Positions 10,537-21,865 of a DNA stretch of 64,000 bases are shown one piece after another. A program made the position numbers and the translations under genes. The notes beneath the pieces are model-generated. The model did not search any database, was not told the DNA's origin, and saw only the letters and a list, made by a program, of their open reading frames with translations. The stretch is from an uncultured delta proteobacterium (lineage in GTDB: Bacteria > Desulfobacterota > Binatia > UBA9968): NCBI GenBank assembly GCA_963728565.1, contig CAVSLC010000002.1, forward strand, positions 160,001 through 224,000, written 5' to 3'. How positions within the stretch are numbered: position 1 is the first letter of the stretch; each line of letters starts with the position of its first letter.

Positions 10537-11208
10537 TCAGTGGTGTGTGTTTTTGGCTGCAGCTCCGTTGGTAAAATGGCGGCCATTGCGGCTTTTGCTG
10601 CCTAACACAACAGTGTAGAGGGACGTCTTTGAAAGCTTGTAGGCTCGCTGTACGCTTAAATCCGCCGCCTCAATAAACGGCTTCAACCGTAAGTTGGTGC
10701 GCCATCCCAGTTTGCGAGTGAGCGGATCCAAAGCCTCCGTCATCGACCCCAATACTGGTACATCGCTGGTAAAGTGATTAACGATGACGATGGATCCGCC
10801 AGGCTTGCAGACTCTTTTAGCCTCAGAAATCATCTGGATCGGATCTGGGACAACGGTCACCACATGAAAGGCCATCACGTAGTCGAAGGTGTTATCCGGA
10901 AAATCAAGGCTGAGCGCGTTCATCTCCATCACTCTGAGATGGGTCCAGCCATGATCCTCTATTTTTTGCCGGGCCCGGGCCAACATGTCGGGCGCTAGAT
11001 CGATTCCGATAACTTCGCAGTGAGTAGGATAAGCAGGGAAAGAAGTGCCGGTCCCGGCACCGACCTCGAGAACCTTTGCGCCTGGCGGAATCTCTAGATC
11101 CTCAATGACGCGTTCCAAACGAGAGTAGAAGATTTTACCGAAAATTTTGTCGTAGAGTGGAGCAAATTCTGAGTAGATTTTGCTTTCATGCGCCTCGATT
11201 TCAGCCAT
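10537..11208 (-). CDS. Class I SAM methyltransferase, phosphatidylethanolamine N-methyltransferase (PmtA-like)
   Basis: Y..FAP.YD..FG, VLEVGAGTG, GIDLA..ML, V.VVPDP, RVCKPGG...VNHF, as in Rhodobacter-type PmtA. Confidence 0.75.
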   Translation of the reverse strand: MAEIEAHESKIYSEFAPLYDKIFGKIFYSRLERVIEDLEIPPGAKVLEVGAGTGTSFPAYPTHCEVIGIDLAPDMLARARQKIEDHGWTHLRVMEMNALSLDFPDNTFDYVMAFHVVTVVPDPIQMISEAKRVCKPGGSIVIVNHFTSDVPVLGSMTEALDPLTRKLGWRTNLRLKPFIEAADLSVQRAYKLSKTSLYTVVLGSKSRNGRHFTNGAAAKNTHH

Positions 11209-11237
11209 TATCAGCACCCCTTGCCAAGATGTACATG

Positions 11238-11432
11238 TCAGGCGTCACGTATATCTCTGGACTGTTTTTTAAAAAAAACGGAAATATCTCTTTTGCGAAA
11301 GCGCCATTGCTTGCCTTTCTTAAAGGCAGGCAGAATGTTTTTACGCGCGAACTCATTCACGGTGTCCGGGCTCATGTCGAGAATCACGGCAACTTGCTTG
11401 CTGTTTAACAGCTCCTCATCTCTCTCAAGCAT
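11238..11432 (-). CDS. Excisionase-like (HTH_17/MerR-superfamily) DNA-binding protein
   Basis: LLNSKQVA.IL.MS..TV......LPAFK.GKQWRF; GGAGG RBS. Confidence 0.85.
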   Translation of the reverse strand: MLERDEELLNSKQVAVILDMSPDTVNEFARKNILPAFKKGKQWRFRKRDISVFFKKQSRDIRDA

Positions 11433-11481
11433 AAGTTTCCTCCGAGGTTTATGTTCAGTTGCCTGCGCGGGGGATCTTTTT

Positions 11482-11510
11482 TTTGTAACAAGTCCACCAG
11501 ACACTGTCAA
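11482..11510 (-). promoter_or_regulatory. sigma70-type promoter of the HTH-pmtA operon
   Basis: The minus strand reads TTGACA-N17-TACAAA. Confidence 0.55.
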
Positions 11511-11743
11511 GGAGAGTAGCGCAGTATGCAGACACTGTGAGAGAATTTAGGGAGGTTAGATCAGCAATCCCGAAACCGAGACGATTTGGCTGCGGATGCA
11601 TGTAGGTAGCTCACGCCACCCCCCTGATCCGGGCTTGCTTGCGCGCCATTGGGAGTTCCATTAGCATGATTCAATACTTTCCGGATTGACAGCCTACCCA
11701 ACTAAGGACCAACGAGCTTGACGGATCCCGCCCGCGGTTTTCT

Positions 11744-14700
11744 ATGAAAAAACTTCTCAAGCTCTGCGTGTTCTTTGCGGCGACATCCATTTTCCTCGTG
11801 ATCATCGGCAGTCTGGCGTTTTACCATCTACTCCGCATCGGCGAGTTTCGCCGATTTCTGATCAGTCAGATCGAGCAGGAGACCCAATTAGAAGTTCAAC
11901 TCGGCGCAGCAGACTTCGATATTGGCTGGATTGCGGGAATCGGATTTCGCGATCTGAAATTATCGGAACCCGCGGCAGCTAATCCACTGTTAACTGCTGA
12001 ACGGATTACAGCCCGCGTCGCGTTGTTGCCGCTGTTGCAACGAAAGCTCATCTTTTATGACGTTCGTCTGCTCAAGCCGGCGGCGCAGATCGTGCGCGAA
12101 AACGACGGCCGCATTCCGTTACTCGATAGACTTCTGGCGCTTCCTTTTTTGCAGCAGAAAAGCCGCGATTATGAGTTCGATCTTCGGTCCATCAAAATCC
12201 AACAAGCGCAACTCCAATGGATTGATCGGCTGCCGGATGGCAATCCAATCAGCTTACGTCTGCGAGATCTCGACGCGGCAATTGAGCGTGTCGAGGGGCG
12301 ACAGCTTAGTGAGCTCATCCAAGGGCTGCTGAAGAGCGCGAAGAAACTTCCGCCTGGACTTGCGCTGCGGGTTGCGTTGACGGGCACGCTTGAGAAAGAT
12401 TCCCAGAACAGCTCCTTGAGCTTGCAAGGAAAGGTGGTTTTACCACGAGACGCTTTCGAGTTCCGCAACGCATGGTGGAGCGCCGATATAAAGTTTAACG
12501 ATTTGCCGGCGAATCTATTGAGCGAATATGGCCGCGGACGCATTCCGTTCAAATCCATGAGCGGGCGTCTGGCGCAGCAACTCCAGGTTGAGGGTCGCCT
12601 GTCCGAGAGGTTGCAGATCAGCGGCGATCTCGCATTCAAACAGCTGGAGCTCGATGAACCGGAGCTGTTTGCTGCGCCTTTGAGGGTCGGCGATGCGAAA
12701 GTGAGTTTTGCAGGCGAATGGACGCCGCGCCGTCTCGCATTCTCCCGACTCAATATTCTATCGAGTGACATCAGGGTTTCAATTATCGGCGAAGTCCGAT
12801 CGACCGACGATGATTCTCATCTCCATTTGCAATTATCGGCCGCGCCGCTGCCGATTGCGGCAGTGCGAAAGTTTCTTCCAACAAAGCTCATGGCGCCCCA
12901 AATCGAGAGCCTGCTGGCGAGCATTCAAGAAGGTGAAGTGATCATCAAGAAGGCCGGTATCGATGCGACTCTTGCACAGATGCGCCATTGGGCCGTGACC
13001 GGCGTTGGTGAAGGCGTCTGGTTGGCGGCGGAGCTGCGTAATCTCGGCATGAAGCTCAACCGTGATGGAGCTTTGCCGTTGAGCTTGGTTCAAGGCCATA
13101 TAACCCTAGACAACAATCTGATCACGTTGACCGATATCGATGCAAGTTACGGTCATTCGCGGCTGAACAAGGTCGCCGCGACGTACGCAGTCCAGGAGCG
13201 CGCGCTCAACTTGCAAGCTCGCGGCGACTTGGATCTTGCGGAGCTACGAGAGCAACTGGTCCTAGGAGTCTTTCCGATAGAAGCTAAGATGATTGCTGAT
13301 ATTCAAGAACTAAACGGCAGGGCTCGCGCTGAGGTGTCTTTACAGCGACTCAAAGAGACGCCGCCGCAAATCACTGGGACACTCACTCTGGATAACGCGC
13401 AGTTGCGCAGGGGCGATTTTCTTTTGAGCCAGATGCGAGGCGATATCAATTTCACCGGAACAGAGATCAACGCCGAGAAAATAGGCGCGACGATTTCTGA
13501 GTCGCCGATCCAAATCGGTTTGGTAGTGAGGGATTACGCCTCGCAAGATGGCGTTTTCGATATCCGCGTCGACTCGACCGGGATGAAATCCGGGATAGTT
13601 ACCCGGCTGTTACTTTCGTCCGGATCGGCCAACGATCCAGGCCTGGTGCGCGGCTCGCTACGGTACCAGGGATCGTTGACCAACAAGGACAAACGGAGCT
13701 TTACTGGCAATTTGGATCTGATTGATGTTCAGCTCGCCACTCAGCCGTTATTGCAGCCTATCCGTGCATTAAATGGAAACATAAAATTCGACGAGAGCGG
13801 AATTGATTTTCAGAGTATCAGGGGCGTGCTCGTTGGGTTCCCCAGCGCGGCCAGTGGCCGGTGGCGTTACGCCGAAAACCCGCAGCTGGTTTTCGACTTC
13901 ACGGCGCCGAATTTGGATCTCACTTACCTATTATCTCAGGTCGATGCCGAATCGAGTGAGTTCTACGCTAATCTGCAGGCCCGAGGTCGCATCGCCGTAG
14001 CTAACGGAAAAATAAAGTCCATCGATTTCGGCGATTTAAAAAGTGACGTCACCATTGACCGCCGGGTTTGGCGCCTGTCAAATCTTACAGCGCGCGCGTC
14101 GGGGGGAACCGTGCAGGCCACAGCGAGCATTGAGGATCGTCCCGATACCTTGAGCATACAGGCGGATTCTCGGATTCGAGGCGTCCCGGTGCAGTCGTTT
14201 CTTCGCTGGTTCGACACGACCACCACCGAAATGAGTGGAACGGTAAATCTGACAGGAAGCCTTGAGACCCGCGGCAACGACGATGCTGAACGCAAAAGGA
14301 ATCTGAACGGCGCTTTTAATCTCAAGATCGAGGAGGGGATTATTCACCGGATGCGCATTCTGGTGCAGATTTTAAATTTACTCGATCTGTCCCGCTGGTT
14401 TACGTTGCAACTCCCCGACCTGACCAAAGACGGCATTCGCTTTCGTTCCATCACCGCTGATTTCAAAGTGAACAAAGGCGTGTATTTCACCCAAAATCTT
14501 GTCGTCGATAGCGATGATCTGCGCATGACCGGCACCGGTAGAATCGACGCGCCGAAAGACGACGTAGATTTTATCATCGCCGTGCGACCGTTTGCAGGAA
14601 TCGATTCGGTGATTAATAACATACCACTTCTGGGCCGTGGTATCGCCGCCATAAAGAACTCCTTCTTAGTCGCGAGCTTCAATATCAAAGGTCCGATTGA

Positions 14701-14833
14701 GGAGCCGACGATTACGCCGGCACCGCTCGGCACCGTATCCGAATGGTTCTGGGGGGTTCTCGGAATACCGAAAAACGCCATTGGCTTGGGCGACAATCAA
14801 AAGCCGGAGAATAGCAAGGCAGCGCCAAGATGA
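11744..14833 (+). CDS. AsmA-like / YhdP-type lipid-bridge protein
   Basis: N-terminal TM anchor, long beta-rich body, AsmA_2-like C-terminus (F.SI.ADF.V.KG, IPLLG, F.IKG...P.I). Confidence 0.8.
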   Translation: MKKLLKLCVFFAATSIFLVIIGSLAFYHLLRIGEFRRFLISQIEQETQLEVQLGAADFDIGWIAGIGFRDLKLSEPAAANPLLTAERITARVALLPLLQRKLIFYDVRLLKPAAQIVRENDGRIPLLDRLLALPFLQQKSRDYEFDLRSIKIQQAQLQWIDRLPDGNPISLRLRDLDAAIERVEGRQLSELIQGLLKSAKKLPPGLALRVALTGTLEKDSQNSSLSLQGKVVLPRDAFEFRNAWWSADIKFNDLPANLLSEYGRGRIPFKSMSGRLAQQLQVEGRLSERLQISGDLAFKQLELDEPELFAAPLRVGDAKVSFAGEWTPRRLAFSRLNILSSDIRVSIIGEVRSTDDDSHLHLQLSAAPLPIAAVRKFLPTKLMAPQIESLLASIQEGEVIIKKAGIDATLAQMRHWAVTGVGEGVWLAAELRNLGMKLNRDGALPLSLVQGHITLDNNLITLTDIDASYGHSRLNKVAATYAVQERALNLQARGDLDLAELREQLVLGVFPIEAKMIADIQELNGRARAEVSLQRLKETPPQITGTLTLDNAQLRRGDFLLSQMRGDINFTGTEINAEKIGATISESPIQIGLVVRDYASQDGVFDIRVDSTGMKSGIVTRLLLSSGSANDPGLVRGSLRYQGSLTNKDKRSFTGNLDLIDVQLATQPLLQPIRALNGNIKFDESGIDFQSIRGVLVGFPSAASGRWRYAENPQLVFDFTAPNLDLTYLLSQVDAESSEFYANLQARGRIAVANGKIKSIDFGDLKSDVTIDRRVWRLSNLTARASGGTVQATASIEDRPDTLSIQADSRIRGVPVQSFLRWFDTTTTEMSGTVNLTGSLETRGNDDAERKRNLNGAFNLKIEEGIIHRMRILVQILNLLDLSRWFTLQLPDLTKDGIRFRSITADFKVNKGVYFTQNLVVDSDDLRMTGTGRIDAPKDDVDFIIAVRPFAGIDSVINNIPLLGRGIAAIKNSFLVASFNIKGPIEEPTITPAPLGTVSEWFWGVLGIPKNAIGLGDNQKPENSKAAPR

Positions 14834-15078
14834 GGCATCGATTAGTCTTGTACTCTCGAGTCGACTGTTGCCTGTGTGACGAGATGAAAACCGTCATCCG
14901 GCAAGTAGCCCAGAGAACTCCGCTGGACGTTGAGGAGATCGACATCGATAGCGCCGCTGATCTGAAGCAGAAATATGGAGAAGAGGTTCCGGTGTTGTTC
15001 ATCAACGGCCGCAAAGCATTCAAATACCGGCTGACCGCCAGGCAATTAGCGGCCAGATTGAAAACGACTTGGTTCTGA
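14830..15078 (+). CDS. Glutaredoxin-like protein (DUF836)
   Basis: LYSR..C.LCD, EIDID...L..KYG.EVPV..ING. Confidence 0.85.
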   Translation: MRHRLVLYSRVDCCLCDEMKTVIRQVAQRTPLDVEEIDIDSAADLKQKYGEEVPVLFINGRKAFKYRLTARQLAARLKTTWF

Positions 15079-15174
15079 TTTCGGCGCTTGGGTTTCGTGC
15101 GATGGTTTGGCAGATGGCCGCAGGGTTTTATCGGAACCGTGTCGCGTTACACTCCGACTACCTTTCCATCGGCA

Positions 15175-17010
15175 TCATTCGTCGTCTTTTTCCTGTCGGC
15201 GCCTGGGTCGATCGGTCTGCCTGAGGATTTTCTTGCGCAGGCGGATCGATTCCGGGGTCACCTCGACGAGTTCATCATCCGCGATCCATTCGATTCCTTC
15301 TTCTAAACCCATTTCGCGGTGCGGCGAAATCAGGATGTTTTCATCCTTTCCGGCGGCTCGGATATTCGTGAGTTTCTTTTCCCGGCAGATATTCACGTTG
15401 AGATCGTTTTCCCGTGAATACTCGCCGACAATCATACCTTCATACACCTTTGTGCCGGGCGCGATAAAAAGCACGCCGCGTTCCTGCAGGTGAAAAACGG
15501 CGTATGGGGTCGTTGGGCCTTCGCGGTCCGCGACCATGGCGCCGTTGGTCCGCGATTGAATGTGGCCGTGCCACGGCGCCCAGCCATTGAAGAGCGCGTT
15601 CATGATGCCGGTGCCGCGAGTGTCGGTTAAAAAACGGGAGCGAAATCCAATCAGACCGCGCGACGGAACGGCGAATTCCAAACGCACGCGGCTCGATCCG
15701 GCGTGAATCATTTTGGTCATCTTGCCTTTCCGAACAGCAAGCAGCTGCGATACCACGCCGATAAAGTCCTCTGGTACATCGATGACCAGCAGCTCCATCG
15801 GTTCATTGGTGACGCCAGCGATTTCGCGAGTGACAACCGTAGGTTTCGAGACCTGCAGCTCATACCCTTCGCGACGCATGGTTTCTATGACAATGGCCAG
15901 TGCGAATTCACCGCGACCAGTGACTCTGAATGCGTCGGGTAGTTCCGTTTCTTCGACCCGAAGGCTGACATTGCGGCGTTGTTCGAAGAAAAGTCGTTCG
16001 CGCAACTTGCGCGACGTCACGAATTCGCCCTCCCGGCCGGACCAGGGCGAATTGTTGGCGCTGAAAACCATCGCGATCGTCGGTTCGTCGATGCGCAGTG
16101 GCGGTAGCGGATGGGGGTTTTCGCGATCGGTGATCGTGTCACCGATACCGATGTCTTCAATGCCGGCGACGGCAGCGATATCGCCGCCTTCCGTCTTTGG
16201 AATCTCGACCCGCTTCAATCCTTGCCAGCCATAAACCTGAGTGACCTTGACGATTTCTCGCTTGCCGTCTACCCGGCAAAGCGTATACTGACCCGGAGTC
16301 AACGTGCCGTTTTTGACCCTGCCCACCGCCAGGCGTCCGACATAGTCGCTATAATCTAAGTTGTTGGCTTGAAACTGTGTGACGGCTGCGGGATCGACGC
16401 TGGGTCCCGGTAAGACTTGCACAATCAACTCAAACAAAGGTTTCAGAGTTTCGCCGGGCCGCTTCAGATCGCGCGTGGCTGTGCCCGCCCGCGCATTGGT
16501 ATAGACAACCGGAAAGTCGAGTTGGTCTTCGGTTGCATCCAAATCGATAAACAAATCGACAATTTCATCGAGCACCTCGTCAACACGCGCATCCGGACGA
16601 TCGATCTTATTGATACAGATAATCGGGGGCAACTTGGATTCGAGCGCCTTCTTCAACACGAAACGGGTTTGTGGTAGCGGCCCTTCGGAGGCATCGACCA
16701 ACAGCATCACTCCGTCGACCATTGCCAAGGTGCGCTCGACTTCGCCGCCGAAGTCCGCGTGGCCCGGGGTATCGACGATATTGATTTTAGTATTGCCGTA
16801 ATGGATGGTCGTGTTCTTGGCCATGATCGTGATGCCGCGTTCGCGCTCCAGGTCCATGGAGTCCATCACTCGCTCGGCCACGTGTTCGTTGGCCCGGAAG
16901 ATGCCGCTTTGATGCAACATCGCGTCTACGAGAGTTGTTTTGCCGTGATCGACATGAGCGATGATAGCTATATTGCGAAGGTCATCGCGACGATTCTGGG
17001 TTTGCGTCAT
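15175..17010 (-). CDS. typA: Translational GTPase TypA/BipA
   Basis: [40 protein letters not shown]. Confidence 0.98.
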   Translation of the reverse strand: MTQTQNRRDDLRNIAIIAHVDHGKTTLVDAMLHQSGIFRANEHVAERVMDSMDLERERGITIMAKNTTIHYGNTKINIVDTPGHADFGGEVERTLAMVDGVMLLVDASEGPLPQTRFVLKKALESKLPPIICINKIDRPDARVDEVLDEIVDLFIDLDATEDQLDFPVVYTNARAGTATRDLKRPGETLKPLFELIVQVLPGPSVDPAAVTQFQANNLDYSDYVGRLAVGRVKNGTLTPGQYTLCRVDGKREIVKVTQVYGWQGLKRVEIPKTEGGDIAAVAGIEDIGIGDTITDRENPHPLPPLRIDEPTIAMVFSANNSPWSGREGEFVTSRKLRERLFFEQRRNVSLRVEETELPDAFRVTGRGEFALAIVIETMRREGYELQVSKPTVVTREIAGVTNEPMELLVIDVPEDFIGVVSQLLAVRKGKMTKMIHAGSSRVRLEFAVPSRGLIGFRSRFLTDTRGTGIMNALFNGWAPWHGHIQSRTNGAMVADREGPTTPYAVFHLQERGVLFIAPGTKVYEGMIVGEYSRENDLNVNICREKKLTNIRAAGKDENILISPHREMGLEEGIEWIADDELVEVTPESIRLRKKILRQTDRPRRRQEKDDE

Positions 17011-17137
17011 ACGTCTTTATTAGGGAGCAACTAGGTATTGTCAAGCGATAATCTTCCCGTCGAATTTGGAGCCAATTCGGTGCTGATTTCGATATTTCTT
17101 GATAACGCTCACCCCCTGGACTATTTTGATCATTTAA

Positions 17138-18878
17138 ATGGGGCGGCTTAAGACCTACCTTTGGCGCTACTGGCGCCGTTATTTCTTGGGCGGGTTATGC
17201 TTGTTGGGCACGGTAACCCTGGTGATGTGGATCCCCTGGTGGATTCGCGAGGCCGTGCGCATTCTCGAGCAGGGCGGCGCGCTTAGCGACGTCACATTCT
17301 ATGCTGCTGTTATCGCTTTCGCCGCGCTGGCGCAGGGGATCATACGAACTTGCTCCCGAGCGTTGATCTTCAATGCCGGACGCAATGTCGAGTATGACTT
17401 GCGCAACGATCTATTCGCACATCTGCAGAAATTGCCTTCGTCGTTCTATCATGCGCGCCGCACCGGCGATTTAATGTCCCGAGTGATCAACGATATCTCC
17501 GCCGTGCGCGTGATGCTCGGCCCGGGAGTGCTCAATTTCGCCAATGCGCCGCTCTATTATGTTTATGCTCTTGTCTTGATGCTCTCGATGGATGTGCGCA
17601 TGACGTTGGCGGCGTTGGCGCCGTTCCCTCTGCTGATCTACGCCGCGGCCAAATTCCGCGGCCGGATCATGAAATCTTCGCTTGAGGTTCAGCAGCAGAT
17701 GTCCGCGCTCAGCAGCCATGTGCAGGAGAATCTTAGCGGAATGCATGTGGTCAAAGCCTATGCCCAGGAAAAATATCAGACGCAGCAATTTGTCGCGCTC
17801 AACGAAGAGTTTCGCAGCAAAAGTTTAGAGATGGCGCGAATGCGCGGCATTGTTACCCCAATCATGCAGGGCATCAACGGGCTGACGGTGGTGATCGTGA
17901 TCTGGTACGGCGGGGTGCGTGTTGCGCGCGGCGATTTACTGGTAGCCGATATTGTCGCCTTCATTGCTTATCTAAACGTTTTGGCATGGCCCACTGCCGC
18001 CTTCGGATGGATGCTGTCTCTGGTGGAGCGCGGCCGTGCGGCGATGAAGCGGCTCGAGGAAATTCTCAACACTAAACCAACCATTGCCAGTTTGCCCGGC
18101 GCACTGCCGGTTGCGGGGCTAAAGAACGGAATCGAGTTCCGGGATATATCCTTTGCTTACGAAAAGCAGGCTAATGGTCACCCGATTCTGAACCACATCA
18201 GCTTCTCGTTGCCGGTGGGAAAAACCGTCGGTTTGGTCGGCCGGATCGGTTCCGGGAAGAGCACCCTAGCGCAGCTCGTGCCGCGGCTGTTCGATGCATC
18301 ATCGGGCGAGGTTCTCATAGACGGTCAAGATGTTCGTAAGCTGTCGCTGCGCGATCTGCGCAAAGCCTTGGGCTATGTTCCGCAGGAGCCATTTCTTTTT
18401 TCGACTTCCTTCAGACGCAATCTTGCGTTCGGCCGGGACAATGTTTCTGATCAGGATCTGCAACGCGCTGTGCGCATTGCCCGGCTCGACCGCGACATGG
18501 AAAATTTCCCGCAGGGGCTCGATACCGTGGTCGGGGAACGCGGCGTAACCCTTTCCGGTGGTCAGAAGCAGCGGGCGACTCTTGGTGCGCGCGCTGGCGA
18601 TCGATCCTCCGGTGCTTATTCTCGATGACAGCTTGTCGAGCGTTGATGCGCAGACCGAAGCGGAAATTTTGCAGGGATTACGGTCGATAATGAAAGAGAA
18701 AACCTGTCTGATCATTTCCCATCGGATTTCCGCGGTTAAAGATGCCGACGAAATCCTTGTTTTTGCGGACGGTCGAATTCTTGAGCGCGGCACCCACCAT
18801 CAACTGGTGCAGCGTGGCGGACTTTATGCCGAGCTCCACCAGCAGCAACGCTTGACCGAGGAGTTGGAGCAGATCTAA
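17138..18878 (+). CDS. ABC exporter TMD-NBD subunit 1 (frameshift near 18580)
   Basis: TGDLMSR, GRIGSGKST, LSGGQKQR; the next frame continues ILDDSLSSVD, ISHRIS. Confidence 0.9.
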
Positions 18879-20701
18879 GTGGCCGATCCCTCGCATCAAG
18901 GAAGAAATCCTCGGCAAAGCCTACGATCTGCGGTTGATCCGACGGCTGTGGAGATACATCAAGGCCGTACAAGCGTTTGTTCTTTTTTGCCATGTTACTG
19001 CTGCCGATCCAGCAAGCCTTCGGCCTGGCGCAACCTTACCTGATGAAAATCGGCATCGATCAATATATTGCCCAAGGCGATCTATCGGGACTGCAAGCCG
19101 TCGCCCTGCTTTTCTTGGGAGCAATCGTTGGCGAGACAGTTATGATTTTCTTTCATTATTATCTCACCATGGCTGTGGCCCAGCGCTGTCTTGCCGATCT
19201 CCGGGTAGAGCTATTCTCACACGTGCAGAAGTTGCCAATGGCTTATTTCGATCGCAACCCGGTGGGCCGATTAGTCACCCGTATGACCACCGATGTCGAT
19301 GTTCTTACAGGAGATGTTTTCTTCCGGGGTGATGACCCTGATCTCCGATTTCGTCATGGTTGTATGGATCGTCGGCATCATGTTCTATCTGCATGCGGAA
19401 CTGGCCATTGGTTTCATTGGCGCTGATCCCGCCAATGGCTTTGGCCATCAACTTTTTTCGGATCAAGAGCGCGCCAGACATACCGTCTGATTCGAGAGCG
19501 GATCGCGCGTATCAACGCCTATCTCGGCGAGGCGATCTCGGGCATGGCAATAATTCAACTATTTGCCCGGGAGGAGAAAACCTATCGTGAGTTCGACGAG
19601 CTAAATGCCGCTCATCGTGATGCTTATCATCTCTCGAACCTCTATGAAGCGGCGCTTTATTCGATGGTCGAAGCCGCCGGCTCGGTGAGCGTTGCGCTGC
19701 TGCTTTGGTATGGAGGCGGCGAAGTTTTGCATGGCATCATCGGCATCGGCACCGTCGTCGCATTCAAGGAATACCTCCATCGATTCTTTGTTCCGTTGCG
19801 CGACTTCAGCCAGAAATACGCAGTCATGCAGTCTGCTATGTCGTCGGCAGAAAGAATTTTTCAGCTTCTGGATACGCCGGTCACGATTGATAGCCCGAAA
19901 AAACCCGTCATACCCAAACCGTTCCGCGGTGAAGTGGTCTTTGATGACGTTTGGTTTCACTATAAAGCTGACGACCCTGTCCTCAAGGGAGTATCTTTCC
20001 GCATCGAACCCGGAGAAAAAATCGCCGTCGTTGGAGCAACAGGTTCGGGGAAAACCACAACCATTAAGTTACTCAATCGGTTTTACGACGTACAGAAAGG
20101 ATCGATCCAAGTTAGCGGCGTGGATGTCCGCGACTGGGATCTGCAGGCGCTGCGAAGACATATCGGCGTTGTCTTACAGGACGTATTTCTTTTCTCCGGA
20201 GATATCCGCACCAATCTCGCGCTCGGTGACCGCTCGGTGCCGCTGGAGCGCATTGAAAATGCCGCTCGCTTGGCCAACGCCGATATCTTTATACGGCGGC
20301 TTGCCGGAGGTTTTGGCGCCGACGTACGGGAGCGCGGCAGCAATTTTTCCGGTGGACAGCGGCAATTGCTGGCACTCGCGCGGGCGCTGGTGTTCGAGCC
20401 GGAAATCCTGGTGATGGATGAGGCGACCTCCAGTGTCGATACCGAGACCGAAGCGTTGATACAAGATGCCCTGGAGCGGGCTATGCGAAATCGCACCTGT
20501 TTATTGATCGCGCACCGGCTTTCGACTATTCGCAATGCCGACCGTATCATCGTGCTTCATCGCGGCGAGGTGCGCGAATTCGGATCTCATTCACAATTGA
20601 TGGAGAAGCAAGGCATTTACCATCGGCTGTATCAGCTGCAGTACGAGCGCGAGGAAATGAGACTGCCGGTTCAAGAAGCGGAGCCCAAGATTTATGGGTA
20701 G
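18879..20701 (+). CDS. ABC exporter TMD-NBD subunit 2 (several frameshifts between 18900 and 19480)
   Basis: Fragments EEILGKAYD, FDRNPVGRLVTR; intact GATGSGKTT, FSGGQRQL, MDEATSS, AHRLST. Heterodimer partner of the upstream gene. Confidence 0.88.
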
Positions 20702-21845
20702 TTGCCGGCGTTGGGGAGTTCTCCGTGGATTGCGCAAACTCGTTTGCACCACCCAGATTATCAGGCGGGCATTTTCTTTGTCCATTGTTGCGGGATTGAT
20801 GTTGAGCTCGATGCTCTCGGGTTGTTCGCCGATCTATTTTCTGCGCGCCGCATACGAGGAAGGACGAATACTCTGGCGCCGCCAGCCGATCGCAAACTTC
20901 TTGGCCACTCCGGATCTGCATACAGACACCAAAGAAAAGCTCACTACAGTATTGGCAGTGCGCGACTATGCCCAGAACGTTCTCAATCTTAACGTGTCCG
21001 GGAGTTACGCAAGTTACTCTTATGTCGACCGGCCGGATCTGACGTACCTGGTCATCGCCGCTCCCCAAACCGAACTGCGGCCTTATACCTGGTGGTTCTT
21101 AGTCGTCGGTCATGTGCCGTACAAAGGTTTTTTTAGTAAGAGCGAGGCGCAGTCGGAAGCCGAACGTCTTCATAGGCAAGGCTATGACACGACGATCCGA
21201 ACTTCGGCGGCGTTCAGCACGCTTGGCTGGTTTGACGATCCGCTGCTCTCACACCTTCTCAGATTCGACAAAATCGCTCTAAGCGAGGTGGTTTTTCACG
21301 AACTCTTTCATAATACTTTGTATATAAAAGGAGCAGGCGCCTTTAACGAGAGCGCCGCTAATTTCGTCGGCCATCGAGCAACCATCGATTTTTTCAGTCA
21401 AAGATTCGGCCCTGACAGCGCGGAACATCGAAGGGCGGTTCAACTGTGGCAGGAAGAGCTTGAATTTGCCGGTTTTATCGAAGACCTTATCGTCAATCTT
21501 TCAGGGCTGTATCGGCGCAATATAGCGAAGCAAGACAAGCTGCGCATACGTGAAGAAGTATTCGCCCGCAGCCAATCCGAATGGGCCCGACGCATTGCGG
21601 ATCAACCGGCGCATCGTTTCCGCGGCTTTTCCCAACAGCCGCTCAATAATGCGGTGCTAATGCACTATGGCGTTTATCTAAACAACCTGCAGCTATTTGA
21701 GTCTTTGTACGAGCTCGAAGGTCGTAATCTCGTTCGGACAATCGCTGCTTTAGAGCAAGCTACGCAAAATGGCGGCGAGCCGTTCGCGGCCCTACGTTCC
21801 TGGTTAACAAAGCAGAGGACCGGAGCGATCGAGCAGGCCGGATGA
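20694..21845 (+). CDS. Putative zinc aminopeptidase lipoprotein (DUF2265-like)
   Basis: Lipobox LSGC; W.F.VVG.VPYKG.F, AFSTLGWFDDP, HELFH...NES zincin motif. The start is uncertain. Confidence 0.85.
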   Translation: MGSCRRWGVLRGLRKLVCTTQIIRRAFSLSIVAGLMLSSMLSGCSPIYFLRAAYEEGRILWRRQPIANFLATPDLHTDTKEKLTTVLAVRDYAQNVLNLNVSGSYASYSYVDRPDLTYLVIAAPQTELRPYTWWFLVVGHVPYKGFFSKSEAQSEAERLHRQGYDTTIRTSAAFSTLGWFDDPLLSHLLRFDKIALSEVVFHELFHNTLYIKGAGAFNESAANFVGHRATIDFFSQRFGPDSAEHRRAVQLWQEELEFAGFIEDLIVNLSGLYRRNIAKQDKLRIREEVFARSQSEWARRIADQPAHRFRGFSQQPLNNAVLMHYGVYLNNLQLFESLYELEGRNLVRTIAALEQATQNGGEPFAALRSWLTKQRTGAIEQAG

Positions 21846-21865
21846 GGTACAGGCCGGGAAAGCGC

